A stretch of 64,000 nt of DNA from Clostridia bacterium (GCA_900754285.1 CAAECB010000080.1:1797-65796), one strand, 5' to 3'; counted from the stretch's first letter, positions 41,822 through 51,198 are shown. The notes: generated by a model not told the origin, from the sequence alone. Program-made: numbers and translations.

Positions 41822-42808
41822 CTAACCTTCGTATGAGCAGTATACACCAGCTAATTTGTTTTCATATACATGTCCATATAAGTTGTTATTTCTGTATTTG
41901 AATACGTTACTGTCTCCGTTTTGGTCTTCGTCAGGTGTAAAGTATTTAATGAATTGGTCCATAGCTGTAACAACTGCAGATTTTTCAACACATAAGAAGT
42001 TTATATCTTTTCCACCTTCTACTAATTCATAATAGTTTAATGTTTTTGGGTTTCCAGATGGAGAATTTACTTTTGAATATACTCCTCCTGATTCAGTATA
42101 ATATGTTTTACTTGATACTACTTCTGTATCTGTTGATTTTACATATGTGTCTTTTGCTTTTTGATATCCATAGTTTTCTTTTCCACTGTTTAATGTTACT
42201 GCTGTATACATTCTTGTTTGTGGAACTTCAATTATTGTTGCAAATCTTTCTAATACTTTTTTAGATTTAGTTGTATCTAAATCATCAATCATTCCTTTTA
42301 GAGTTGGTGTTATGAATAAGATTCTATTTTCTGTTGAAACTTCATCTTCATCCATTTTATTTGTACATGCTCTTAATGCACTTACAGCTCCTGCACCATC
42401 AGAAATTGTTTCTTTCTTTCTTGATATTCCATCTACTCCTGCTATTTTTGCTATTCTTGCTGCATCTGTCTCTGGAACTACTTTTGTTCTTACAAATTCT
42501 CCTGATAATTTTGCAAATGGTAATCCTAATGCTTCTTGATTATCTAATCTATCAATTCTTAAGTCTTGACTTCTTTCTTTATCATATTTTACTGTTTCCC
42601 ATTTGAAAGTTGTTGAACCTTTTGTGTATCCATCATTTCTTGAGAAATCTCCTAAACCATCCATATCTAGTTTAGCCACTTTAATTTCTCCGTTTAATCC
42701 TTTTTGTACTGTTGTTTCATCTCCATCTAATATAGATGTTTTTGCTTCATTTTTATATACTTCATCTAATTTTGGTAAGTATATTGTTGATATTTCAATA
42801 TTATTCAT
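41822..42808 (-). CDS. major capsid protein
   Basis: 328 aa. Position after the scaffold. Strong RBS. Confidence 0.75.
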   Translation of the reverse strand: MNNIEISTIYLPKLDEVYKNEAKTSILDGDETTVQKGLNGEIKVAKLDMDGLGDFSRNDGYTKGSTTFKWETVKYDKERSQDLRIDRLDNQEALGLPFAKLSGEFVRTKVVPETDAARIAKIAGVDGISRKKETISDGAGAVSALRACTNKMDEDEVSTENRILFITPTLKGMIDDLDTTKSKKVLERFATIIEVPQTRMYTAVTLNSGKENYGYQKAKDTYVKSTDTEVVSSKTYYTESGGVYSKVNSPSGNPKTLNYYELVEGGKDINFLCVEKSAVVTAMDQFIKYFTPDEDQNGDSNVFKYRNNNLYGHVYENKLAGVYCSYEG

Positions 42809-42820
42809 TTTTTAATCCTC

Positions 42821-43411
42821 CTATTTTATTAATCCCATTGCCTTTCTTATTGCTTCATCAGCACTTGACTTATTACCAGATGGGTCTGGGTTATATGGTG
42901 GTTTTTCTTTTGACCACTCGTTTACAGCTTTTTCTGTAATTCTATCTTGAATTGTTTTTATAAGCTTTGTTTTTTCTTGTAATTGCTCTGCTGTCATGTT
43001 TTCATAATCAAAAAGATTTAAAAATTCTGGGTCAAATGCTGTATCTTGTGTTGTTGCTATCTTTAAAGCTTCATCTTTTAAATCTCTAGCATTTAACTTT
43101 TTTTGCATTGCTTCATAATCTTTTTGTTGCTTTTGCAATTGATATTGTAATTTTTCAGTTTCGTTCATTTGTGCTAATCTTTCAGCCTCTGATTTTTCAG
43201 CATCATTTTTTGCTTTCCAACTATCTTGTGCTGTTTGAATAGCTTTTTGAACTCTTCTGTCAAATTCTGCTTGATTCTTTCCATCTTTTAAGAAATCATC
43301 AAATGTTACAGGGTTGTTGTTTGCTCCTGTATTATTTTGGTTATTTGCTCCCGCTGGTTCATTATCTGCCCCAGTATTAGTATTGTTTGTATTATTGTCT
43401 TGTCCTTCCAT
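42821..43411 (-). CDS. scaffolding protein (DUF4355-like)
   Basis: N-rich N-terminus then a long charged coiled coil (FDDFLKDGKNQAEFDRRVQKAI..). Confidence 0.8.
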   Translation of the reverse strand: MEGQDNNTNNTNTGADNEPAGANNQNNTGANNNPVTFDDFLKDGKNQAEFDRRVQKAIQTAQDSWKAKNDAEKSEAERLAQMNETEKLQYQLQKQQKDYEAMQKKLNARDLKDEALKIATTQDTAFDPEFLNLFDYENMTAEQLQEKTKLIKTIQDRITEKAVNEWSKEKPPYNPDPSGNKSSADEAIRKAMGLIK

Positions 43412-43425
43412 TTCTTACTCCTTTT

Positions 43426-43457
43426 GCCCCAGCCATTGCCTAAGCCCCAGCCATTGC
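43426..43457. repeat. GC-rich 14-bp tandem direct repeat in the scaffold 5' leader
   Basis: GCCCCAGCCATTGC at 43426-43439 and 43444-43457 (minus strand GCAATGGCTGGGGC x2), 15-30 nt upstream of the scaffold RBS. Confidence 0.7.
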
Positions 43458-43504
43458 GAATTTGTATTCTGTTATTCTTTAGTGCCTTCAACCAGTAAAA
43501 AGGC

Positions 43505-43532
43505 ATAAAAAATAGACGCACGTCTACGTCTA
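43505..43532 (-). terminator. possible terminator after small membrane-protein gene
   Basis: Minus strand tagacg-tagacgtg-cgtcta followed by tttttt. Confidence 0.4.
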
Positions 43533-43561
43533 AAAATTTATAATTATAAAATGTTAATAAC

Positions 43562-43717
43562 TTATCTATTCTTTTTGCTCTCCATAATCCCCTGATAAAA
43601 CTCAAATTTTATTGGTTCTATAAATAATGGTCTTAATATTGTAATTATAGTAAATATAATCCAATACCAAGTTGGCATTTGTAATTTAATGCTTAATATT
43701 AAAACTAATAACCACAT
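43562..43717 (-). CDS. small membrane protein (51 aa), not in track
   Basis: Own translation MWLLVLILSIKLQMPTWYWIIFTIITILRPLFIEPIKFEFYQGIMESKKNR*. RBS gaaggtggaaagt. Confidence 0.5.
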   Translation of the reverse strand: MWLLVLILSIKLQMPTWYWIIFTIITILRPLFIEPIKFEFYQGIMESKKNR

Positions 43718-43795
43718 ACTTTCCACCTTCTTTCCATAATAAAAGCACCTACTTCTATAGTAAGTACTTGAAAATATTTATTCAATTATTTCATG

Positions 43796-44017
43796 TTATT
43801 CTAATCTATAAGCTCCAATATTAGATTGCACATATTTTTCAGTGTCTTTATAGTGGGCTTCTAAATTTACTTCTCTGTCTTTTGCATATTTATTAGTTTT
43901 TATTAACTCGACAAATCTTTTTTCTGCTTTTTCTTTATCTTTATATACTCCCAGTATCCAGTCACAATAATCTTCAAAGTCTTCTTCATTGTTTTGAAAA
44001 ATTATATATATTTTCAT
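43796..44017 (-). CDS. hypothetical phage protein
   Basis: ORF track. Translationally coupled (ATGA overlap) to the upstream small ORF. Confidence 0.45.
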   Translation of the reverse strand: MKIYIIFQNNEEDFEDYCDWILGVYKDKEKAEKRFVELIKTNKYAKDREVNLEAHYKDTEKYVQSNIGAYRLE

Positions 44018-44154
44018 TTATTTAGCTCCCTTTCTAAATATTCTTTATAGTCTGCAAAACTATTCCATTCATCATAATTAAAACCTAATGGTCTTTTTCC
44101 GTTCTTTTCTATATATTTATGAATTAATTCTTTTATTTCATATGGTATAATCAT
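44014..44154 (-). CDS. small hypothetical phage protein (46 aa), not in track
   Basis: Own translation MIIPYEIKELIHKYIEKNGKRPLGFNYDEWNSFADYKEYLERELNK*. Confidence 0.4.
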   Translation of the reverse strand: MIIPYEIKELIHKYIEKNGKRPLGFNYDEWNSFADYKEYLERELNK

Positions 44155-44162
44155 GTGTTTTA

Positions 44163-44357
44163 CTACTCCTTATTTTTTCTTATTTGTACTGGATTTTGTA
44201 TGCTATCGTATTTATTAGTCAATTCTTCTATTTTTGCCTTTATCCTTTTATCTATTTTATTAATGTCAAATCCATTAGGATATATCTTAATTAATTCTTT
44301 GTCTAAATCAATAATATATTCTTTTTTTAACAAATCTTGAATTTGTTTTTCTGTCAT
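44163..44357 (-). CDS. hypothetical phage protein
   Basis: ORF track. 4-nt overlap with the upstream gene. Confidence 0.45.
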   Translation of the reverse strand: MTEKQIQDLLKKEYIIDLDKELIKIYPNGFDINKIDKRIKAKIEELTNKYDSIQNPVQIRKNKE

Positions 44358-45913
44358 TTTAAGACCTCCTTAATATAATTGTATAAGTTTATATCTCTTC
44401 TTTTTAATAACTTATTTTCTTCAAAATAGCATCTAAATCCTTCTGAAAAATATTCTCCTAAAGTTTTAGGATTAAATGTAAAGTCTAAATAATTCAATTT
44501 ATAATTTCCATCTATATCTTGTTCATACACTCTTCTTTGATACTCTGAAATAAATTTATTTCCATCTAACCAGAACTCATTTTCCTTTCCATATCCTTTT
44601 ATATTGTCTGTATGTATTTCTTTAATATTTAACCCATTTTGTTGTATTTCTATGTATTTTTTATCATGTAATAAATCTAGTTTTGTTTCTATCACATGTC
44701 CAATTTCATGTAGTATTTCATATTCGTTACTATCATTTAATAAATGTATTATATTATTTTTTCTATCATAATAACTATTATTTTTTGATACTTCAAAGGT
44801 CGTATCATTTATAATTTTTTGAATTTTTCCTGGCAACCTTTTTATTGCTTTCTTTATATTGCTATCTAGATTTTTGCTATTAGTATAATTGTTTTTTCTT
44901 ATATAATCAACATTATTATACTCTGTTTTTTCTTGTTTTTCAACTGGTGACACATATCTTATAGTACTCCTGCACCAATGCCAATAGTACATTATTGGAG
45001 GTAAATTAATACCAGGTACCAGCCCATTTACCCTAACTGGCATAAGCTTAATATCTTTTTTACTATTTCCCCAATATCTATTAAACTTATTCTCTTTATT
45101 AATATAAAATCTCATCATATTCATTGATTGGCACATCTCAGTACTATGTTCATCAGTTACTGCCCAAAATTCAACTTGTGCATTATCATCAGCATTTAAT
45201 TTTATTCCTTGTACTTTTGCTAAATTGTTTAGTCCTATCGCTTGTAAATCCGCTGCACCTGAGATTTTATCATTATTTATATTAAGCTTTTGATTGTTTT
45301 GTCTGTTTATTATTGTTTGAAACTCACTAGAATCAATTTCTAAGTTTTTCTGCTGCTGTATATTTAAAATTGCTTGTTTGTATATTTGTTGTGCATTATA
45401 TTGCATTGTTGCTTCAATGTATTGATTCCAATTAATTCCACTATAATTTGGTTGGTCTAATAATGCAAGAAATAAAGCCATCTCTAATATTGATGGCTTT
45501 TTCTTTTTAGTTACTTCTTGTTGTCCTTGTTCATAGTAGTAGTTAGCATCTTCGTACATTATCTGGTTTTCTTGTTTTTCAAGTTTGTTTTGTTCTTCTA
45601 TATATGCACTATAAATAAGCAATTCTAGTATTTCACTATTCTTTACTCTTGTTCTTTTATAAATATTATTTGCTAATACAGTAAAGTAGTTGTTATTCTT
45701 TAATAATCCTTGCTCTTTCCAAGACTCTATATATGTATTTATTCTTTTTTTAGTTTTATTATCAGCTATATTATAGATGTTTTCTGTTGTAAAGTTAAAT
45801 GTATCAAATAATTCTTGTAATCTATTTTGAGTTTGTTTGTTTGTCTTTTGATATATCGTTTTCAGTTTTTGCATCTGTTGGTCGTGGTACTTCCACATTT
45901 CCATTTGCATCAC
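44354..45913 (-). CDS. minor capsid / head morphogenesis protein (SPP1 gp7 / Mu F position) with C-terminal HExxH metalloprotease-like module
   Basis: Follows the portal. C-terminal NEYEILHEIGHVIE contains HExxH. True start probably a few codons in (ATG 45904, RBS aggtga). Confidence 0.6.
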   Translation of the reverse strand: MMQMEMWKYHDQQMQKLKTIYQKTNKQTQNRLQELFDTFNFTTENIYNIADNKTKKRINTYIESWKEQGLLKNNNYFTVLANNIYKRTRVKNSEILELLIYSAYIEEQNKLEKQENQIMYEDANYYYEQGQQEVTKKKKPSILEMALFLALLDQPNYSGINWNQYIEATMQYNAQQIYKQAILNIQQQKNLEIDSSEFQTIINRQNNQKLNINNDKISGAADLQAIGLNNLAKVQGIKLNADDNAQVEFWAVTDEHSTEMCQSMNMMRFYINKENKFNRYWGNSKKDIKLMPVRVNGLVPGINLPPIMYYWHWCRSTIRYVSPVEKQEKTEYNNVDYIRKNNYTNSKNLDSNIKKAIKRLPGKIQKIINDTTFEVSKNNSYYDRKNNIIHLLNDSNEYEILHEIGHVIETKLDLLHDKKYIEIQQNGLNIKEIHTDNIKGYGKENEFWLDGNKFISEYQRRVYEQDIDGNYKLNYLDFTFNPKTLGEYFSEGFRCYFEENKLLKRRDINLYNYIKEVLK

Positions 45914-47405
45914 CTACTTTTCCGTTATTATCTTGCCCTAATTTAGTCATATTCTCTAAATTTTTTTGCATATCTTCTTCATTTTGTTTATCTATCTTTT
46001 CCAACTCCGAATTACTATCTAAGTCATCAGGTAACATATCAATAATTGATGCATCACTTAATAATCCTCTTAATTTCAATGCTCTTGTTGTCTCAGTGTC
46101 TTTATCAGTTGGTAGATTTCTTTGTAAATCTATCTTTATACTTCTGAAGTCATAAGATTTATGTTTTCTTTTATTTATTCTATCTATAATTGTTTCCCAT
46201 CTTCTTAGTATTGCTTGTTTAAAATGTTTATCAGCATCTGTTATCATTTGCTCTAATGCAAAGAATTTTCTATCTAATGCACTTGCATTATCTGCATTTG
46301 TAAATCCTAAATCTGTTATATTAGGTACTCCACTTATCATTGCTATTAAGTCTATTAATGTCTTTTTATGATTCTCTAATGCTGTATCTTGTACACTTTT
46401 TTCAACCCAAGCAATATCTCCTGAATTATCTGGTGTATAGAATACTTGCATTTTCAATAATGCTTTGTCTTCTTCTTCTCTTGCTTTATTAACCACTTGC
46501 TTTGGTTGTCCATTCTCATCTAATTCTGGTTCGCCTTTGTCATCTAATTTTGTGGTCATTAAATCATTTTGTGGTGTAAAACCTGTTATTTTTAATTTTG
46601 CATCATCATTATATTGAAATGTATTTCTACTATTTTGTATCACTCTTTCGTAAGCACAAATTAAAGAGACTACCAATTCAAAACTTGATAGTCCCATTTC
46701 ATTTTCTATTGCTATGCAAGGAAGCATATTCCATTTACTTTTTTCAAATTTTTGTTTGTCTTCTTCTAATTTTGCATAATCATTTGGTGTTGGTGAATAA
46801 TATTTTTTACCATTTATTGTTGTTAATTCTACTATTGTTATATCAGCACCATTTTTATCTCTTTCAGTCCATTTCCTTAGTTGTCCTATTTGTTTTACTG
46901 GTGTTGAATAATCAAATATTCCTATTGTATTTAATGCACTTTGCTTAGTATATACTATTTCATTGTCCTCATTTTCATATAACACTTCATAGCACCCTCT
47001 CATTCCAAAATAATCAAATGCTAAATCAAAAAATTCTGTTGCATCATCGTTGTATTTGCTTATATAATCTATTAATACTTTTAATTCTTCATCTTTATTT
47101 GCATCTGTATTAAAGACTTTATTAAGTAATTTTTTGATTATATTTAATTTTGTTGGATCTGATATTTTTTCAACATCATATACTGGTGCTTTTCCTGCAA
47201 AATACCCTGTTACCATTGAATTAATATAATTTTCAAATGCAACTTTTATATTTTCATCATTTATACTTACTAGTTCAGAATTATCCGTCTTTCTTCTTAT
47301 TCTTTCATATAGTTGTTTTCTTGCATTCCATTCTTTATCTGCTAACATTAATATTTGTGCTACACTGTTTTCATTCTCTAATGTTTCTGGATTCCATTGT
47401 ATCAT
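45822..47405 (-). CDS. portal protein (SPP1 gp6-like)
   Basis: 527 aa. Immediately downstream of terL. Size and position typical of a portal. Confidence 0.8.
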   Translation of the reverse strand: MIQWNPETLENENSVAQILMLADKEWNARKQLYERIRRKTDNSELVSINDENIKVAFENYINSMVTGYFAGKAPVYDVEKISDPTKLNIIKKLLNKVFNTDANKDEELKVLIDYISKYNDDATEFFDLAFDYFGMRGCYEVLYENEDNEIVYTKQSALNTIGIFDYSTPVKQIGQLRKWTERDKNGADITIVELTTINGKKYYSPTPNDYAKLEEDKQKFEKSKWNMLPCIAIENEMGLSSFELVVSLICAYERVIQNSRNTFQYNDDAKLKITGFTPQNDLMTTKLDDKGEPELDENGQPKQVVNKAREEEDKALLKMQVFYTPDNSGDIAWVEKSVQDTALENHKKTLIDLIAMISGVPNITDLGFTNADNASALDRKFFALEQMITDADKHFKQAILRRWETIIDRINKRKHKSYDFRSIKIDLQRNLPTDKDTETTRALKLRGLLSDASIIDMLPDDLDSNSELEKIDKQNEEDMQKNLENMTKLGQDNNGKVGDANGNVEVPRPTDAKTENDISKDKQTNSK

Positions 47406-47416
47406 TTTATTTCCTC

Positions 47417-48707
47417 CTATATTGGTTTTATATATCCAAATTGTAATTTCTTTTGATTTATGTATTTTTCTACTGCATATCTCATTGCATCCATCAAATG
47501 ATTACAGTCATCTATTGGTCTATTTATTTTATTTCCAAACTTATCCTCATCCCAAGTATAGTTACTTATTTCTGTTATAAAATTTACACATCTAGGGTGT
47601 ATTATTATTTCAAAGTCTTGTATAAATTGAATACCATTGTTTATACTGTCTTTTCCTTTTAAAGCTCCTGTAATATGTCTTAGTCCTAATCCCCTTAACT
47701 CATCTATTGACTTTGGTTCTGCACTATCTGCTGTTATTTTTTCCTTTGAATAACCCATTTGATTTACTTTGTCATATATTGCTTTGTTACTCATTCCTTT
47801 TTGATATATTTCATCATATACATAAATCTTTTTATTTTTTAAATCTATTGCACCACAAAATAGTGCTGTTGGGTCATTTGTATAACCAAAGTCCAATCCA
47901 AAAGCACTATCTATGTTTCTTATTGTATTTAATTCAAATTTTTCTTCTTTCCAATTCTCATATACTAATCCATCAACTATACCCCAGTTACCTAATCCTG
48001 CAACTTGATATCTTCTAGGATTATTCTTTTTCATTCTTTCAAACACTTTCTTGTCTGCTTCATCTAGCCACTCGTTACAAAGATAATTTGTTGTCATTGC
48101 TAATATATCATCATCTTTAACATCAAAAAATCTTTTCTTAATCCAATGATGTTCATTCCAAGGATTTAATGTTATTGTTATTTGTTTAAATAATCCCTCT
48201 GGTACTTCTCCGTCTTATACTTTCATCTATTACATCAAAATCAGATTCTTTTGTTATTTCGTATGCTTCTTCAATCCATAACCAACATAAAACACCAATA
48301 TCTACTGATATTGATGTTACTTTTAATGGGTCATCTAATCCTCTGAAATATATTTTCTGTCCTGTAGGTTTGTATGTCATTTCTAATGGGCTTTCTTTTA
48401 TTTCCCAGAAACTATCTACTTGTAATCTATGTATTGCCCATTTCAGTTCTGTAAAGCAACTATCTTTTAATGTTCTAAATGTTTTTCTAATTACAAGTGT
48501 ATTAGCTTCTTTATATTTCATCATGCTACTTATTATCCATAATGCTGTTGTCTTTGATTTTTTACTTGCTCTTGAACCTTTGCATACTCTATATCTACAT
48601 TTGCAATGCCAATACTCTGCATAACCTTTTCCAACTATACTTTGTAATGATATGTTATTTACTTGTTTCTGTATATTTTTGTCTATTATTTTATTCTGTA
48701 ATATCAT
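47417..48707 (-). CDS. terL: terminase large subunit, split between ATPase and nuclease parts by CGG 48212-48210 (+1 continuation)
   Basis: N-part Walker A-like CKGSRASKKSKT. Junction DESIR|GEVPEGLFKQITITLNPWNEHHWIKKRF joins track ORFs 48186-48707 and 47417-48097. The 0 frame stops 7 codons after the CGG. Confidence 0.8.
48210..48212 (-). other. in-frame CGG codon = candidate +1 recoding site (terL)
   Basis: Coding strand ata aga CGG aga agt. The +1 frame gga gaa gta cca gag gga tta ttt aaa.. is in phase with ORF 47417-48097. Confidence 0.75.
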
Positions 48708-49128
48708 CTGTTATCACCACTGGTATATTTCCAGCAACTTCAACTTTTTCTTTAAATGTACCATATCTTTTTCCAAGTAGTTCTGCACATTTTGTTCTAT
48801 CTTGTAATGAAGCATCTAATCCAAATTGGTCTTTTTCTTCTCCTCGCATTACTTTTGTTAAGTACTGTAATACTTCATCCTGTGAGGCAATTCTTTGGTC
48901 TTCTTTTTCTTGAAGTTTTATCTTTATAAATTTGTCTAGTTTTGACAAGTTTTGTGAACCTATTCTATTAAGATTTTTTCCCTTGTATCCAGCTTTTTTA
49001 CAAGCTTCTGTTGCATTTGCAGTTTCTATATAATAATCAATAAATCTCTTTTGCATTTCTGTTAATAAGTTATATTCCTCTTCTATATTTTCATATTCCA
49101 TCTGCCTCACTTCCTTTTCTATGTTCAT
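48691..49128 (-). CDS. terS: terminase small subunit (Terminase_2-like; start possibly M10 at 49101)
   Basis: EMQKRFIDYYIETANATEACKKAGYKGKNLNRIGSQNLSKLD HTH region. Overlaps the terL start. Confidence 0.75.
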   Translation of the reverse strand: MNIEKEVRQMEYENIEEEYNLLTEMQKRFIDYYIETANATEACKKAGYKGKNLNRIGSQNLSKLDKFIKIKLQEKEDQRIASQDEVLQYLTKVMRGEEKDQFGLDASLQDRTKCAELLGKRYGTFKEKVEVAGNIPVVITDDITE

Positions 49129-49513
49129 TTATTAGATATTTCATTACATCTATCTTGCTATAGCATTCTTCTTTCGGTTTATATCTATCTTGTAGTTCAA
49201 ACTCATCTGTTTCTTTGTTATATATTTCTACTTGTTCTTTTTTTAGTATTTGATATTTAGTACAATACTTACAATTCTTTTCACTATAAAATTGAAAAGT
49301 ATTTATCTTGTATATTTTTCCTTTTATTGATAAAGCATATAATAGTTTGTTTATATTTTTATTTATGTTCACGCTTTTTCTCCTTTTTGGTCTATGTCTA
49401 AAACAATAATCATAGTATCTACATTGTTCACATTTTCTTTTCATGCAATTTGCATAGTTAATTTTCTTGCTCATAATACACACACTTTGTACATACTGCT
49501 TCACAGTTTGCAA
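49091..49513 (-). CDS. Cys-rich hypothetical protein upstream of terS (start uncertain, perhaps 49474)
   Basis: ORF track. CMKRKCEQCRYYDYC and CKYC motifs. Confidence 0.4.
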   Translation of the reverse strand: MQTVKQYVQSVCIMSKKINYANCMKRKCEQCRYYDYCFRHRPKRRKSVNINKNINKLLYALSIKGKIYKINTFQFYSEKNCKYCTKYQILKKEQVEIYNKETDEFELQDRYKPKEECYSKIDVMKYLINEHRKGSEADGI

Positions 49514-49604
49514 ATACTCTTATTTCACAATCATTCTTTTCTTTGTTTTTACATCTTGTACAATATTCTTTTTTATATTTTTCTATTCTTTCTTGATTAG
49601 TCAT
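49458..49604 (-). CDS. small zinc-ribbon-like protein (48 aa), not in track
   Basis: Own translation MTNQERIEKYKKEYCTRCKNKEKNDCEIRVFANCEAVCTKCVYYEQEN*. RBS aaaggagag. Confidence 0.45.
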   Translation of the reverse strand: MTNQERIEKYKKEYCTRCKNKEKNDCEIRVFANCEAVCTKCVYYEQEN

Positions 49605-49880
49605 ATGTACTCTCCTTTTTTATTTATAAAACACTATGTAACGATATAAATGTAGCTCAGCTCTACATATGCTCCTAAGTTTTTCTTTTAAGCAGGCGGA
49701 ACATAAACCGTAATTTAATACGTTAAACCAGATTTCTGATTATTTTATATATCGCTACATACTATTTTATAAGTATTAATTAGAACTTGCTAGGAAAGTT
49801 CTATATCATGCAACTTTGTAAGGCAGTGTATATGTGACACCTCTATTTATATTATCAGTTACCTAGCATACTGTTAATAA
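49605..49880 (-). other. 276-bp non-coding, relatively GC-rich, structure-prone region ahead of the packaging genes (cos/pac or ncRNA candidate)
   Basis: No ORF. Long-range complement tatgtagcgatata / tatatcgttacata, plus local hairpins atgtag..ctacat and tagaactt..aagttcta. Confidence 0.4.
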
Positions 49881-50129
49881 CTAATTTAAATCTATATTTT
49901 CAATTTCTGCTCTTATTCTAAGTGTTCTTATATAGTTCCCCATGTATTTCTTTTGTTCTTTTAATAGTTCTAATGGGCAACTAGGTGTAAAATTTAATGT
50001 TCCAGCTTCATATTTTACGGTCATTGCATCTAACTTGTCGTATCTTATTTTTGTTTGTAAATATTCAGCTTTAAATCTTTCTTTATAGTTTTCACTATTC
50101 ATTAACTCAACTGTATCTTTTAATTCCAT
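49881..50129 (-). CDS. conserved phage protein of unknown function (start at M7)
   Basis: ORF track. RBS aaaggaag 8 nt before ATG 50129. First gene after the putative late promoter. Confidence 0.5.
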   Translation of the reverse strand: MELKDTVELMNSENYKERFKAEYLQTKIRYDKLDAMTVKYEAGTLNFTPSCPLELLKEQKKYMGNYIRTLRIRAEIENIDLN

Positions 50130-50151
50130 TTTCATTCTTCCTTTCATAACA

Positions 50152-50186
50152 TAATAAAAAGAATAGACATTTAAAACATCTATTCT
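50152..50186 (-). terminator. intrinsic-terminator-like hairpin in the leader of the late operon
   Basis: Minus strand agaataga-tgttttaaatg-tctattct followed by ttttt, ending about 5 nt before the RBS of 49881-50129. Confidence 0.55.
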
Positions 50187-50248
50187 TCTAACATTTAAAT
50201 AAATAAAGGGATTCTTTATTTTTGCCTCTCGGCTTTTTTACTATTGTT

Positions 50249-50307
50249 ATTATACTATATATTTTTGTATAATACTACGACATTTTTACGACATTTTCAC
50301 GACATTT
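50249..50307 (-). promoter_or_regulatory. putative late promoter: three tandem AAATGTCGT boxes (11-bp period) plus a TATAAT
   Basis: Plus strand ACGACATTT(T) at 50277, 50288 and 50299. Minus-strand TATAAT = 50254-50249. Confidence 0.5.
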
Positions 50308-50782
50308 AGAATTTTATCATCTTTTCAGTAGCTTTTTCTATAATTCTTTGTATGTGTCTATCGCTTCTAGTTTGATTAAACAGCTTAAAGTATAATCTAT
50401 TTCCTATGTCTTCAGCCGTTCTTCCTTCGACATAATAAGCTGTTAATATTTCTCTTTCTTTATACTTCAATCCTTCTAGTCGATCTTCAACTGCTTCTAC
50501 CTTTTCTCTTAATTCTTTGACTTTTTTTTCTAATTCTTCTATTTTGTTTTCTAGTTCAATTCTTTTTATGTCATTTTCTTCTACTTTTTTTGATACTTTA
50601 TCGCTTATTTGGTTTTTGCTATGTATATCTTGATTATCTCCATATGAAGATGTCATATTAGTATCAGAATCAACATATTTTAATTTTATTATTGATGTCT
50701 TTAACTCTTTAAGCTTAATATTTAATCTTGCCTTATTTTCTTTATATTCTTTTAATAATACTATTAAGTTTTCTCGTGTCAT
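50306..50782 (-). CDS. sigma-70 region-4-like / phage late transcriptional activator
   Basis: C-terminal KEREILTAYYVEGRTAEDIGNRL resembles a sigma r4 HTH. Central coiled coil. Sits directly upstream of the tandem boxes. Confidence 0.5.
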   Translation of the reverse strand: MTRENLIVLLKEYKENKARLNIKLKELKTSIIKLKYVDSDTNMTSSYGDNQDIHSKNQISDKVSKKVEENDIKRIELENKIEELEKKVKELREKVEAVEDRLEGLKYKEREILTAYYVEGRTAEDIGNRLYFKLFNQTRSDRHIQRIIEKATEKMIKF

Positions 50783-50798
50783 TAGTGTACCTCCTTAA

Positions 50799-50993
50799 CT
50801 ATATTTTTCCACTTCCACACTTTTTTGCTGTGCTTATCATGTTTCCTTTTTCTGTTATTAATCCTAAGTCAAATTTTGTAAAACACTCTTTATATCCACA
50901 TATTTTTTCTTTATATAAAAATACATTATTATTTATCTGTTTTTCAAATATATATTCTCGATTATTTTTACTTATCGTTTTTGGTATTTTCAT
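50799..50993 (-). CDS. hypothetical phage protein
   Basis: ORF track only. Confidence 0.35.
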   Translation of the reverse strand: MKIPKTISKNNREYIFEKQINNNVFLYKEKICGYKECFTKFDLGLITEKGNMISTAKKCGSGKI

Positions 50994-51198
50994 TCTTTTG
51001 TCCTTTCAAATATTTATATATTACTCTTTCAACATAAGCTAATGCCTCATAACTTGTTATAAACCTTCCTGAATGCCTATGTCTTACTGTACTTCTTATT
51101 ATCTTTATTTCTTGATTATATTGTCTTTTATACATTGTTGCTAATTGATTCTTACTTAATCCTGCTTTCCACTTCTGAATTATCTCTTTATCTTGCAT
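50968..51198 (-). CDS. small HTH DNA-binding protein
   Basis: KWKAGLSKNQLATMYKRQ resembles a resolvase/transposase-type HTH. Confidence 0.45.
   Translation of the reverse strand: MQDKEIIQKWKAGLSKNQLATMYKRQYNQEIKIIRSTVRHRHSGRFITSYEALAYVERVIYKYLKGQKNENTKNDK

Noticed and set aside
43306-43605. 99-aa ORF overlapping the scaffold start and a small membrane-protein gene
   Set aside because: It translates through a terminator hairpin and the GC-rich tandem repeat (NGWGLGNGWG), and overlaps two better-supported genes by >100 nt. Likely non-coding.
49605-50305. Search for a phage-encoded tRNA or suppressor in non-coding gaps (also 25264-25394, 26760-27118, 62193-62350)
   Set aside because: I could not fold any cloverleaf with acceptor and T-arm features by eye. 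This needs tRNAscan-SE/Infernal to be sure.
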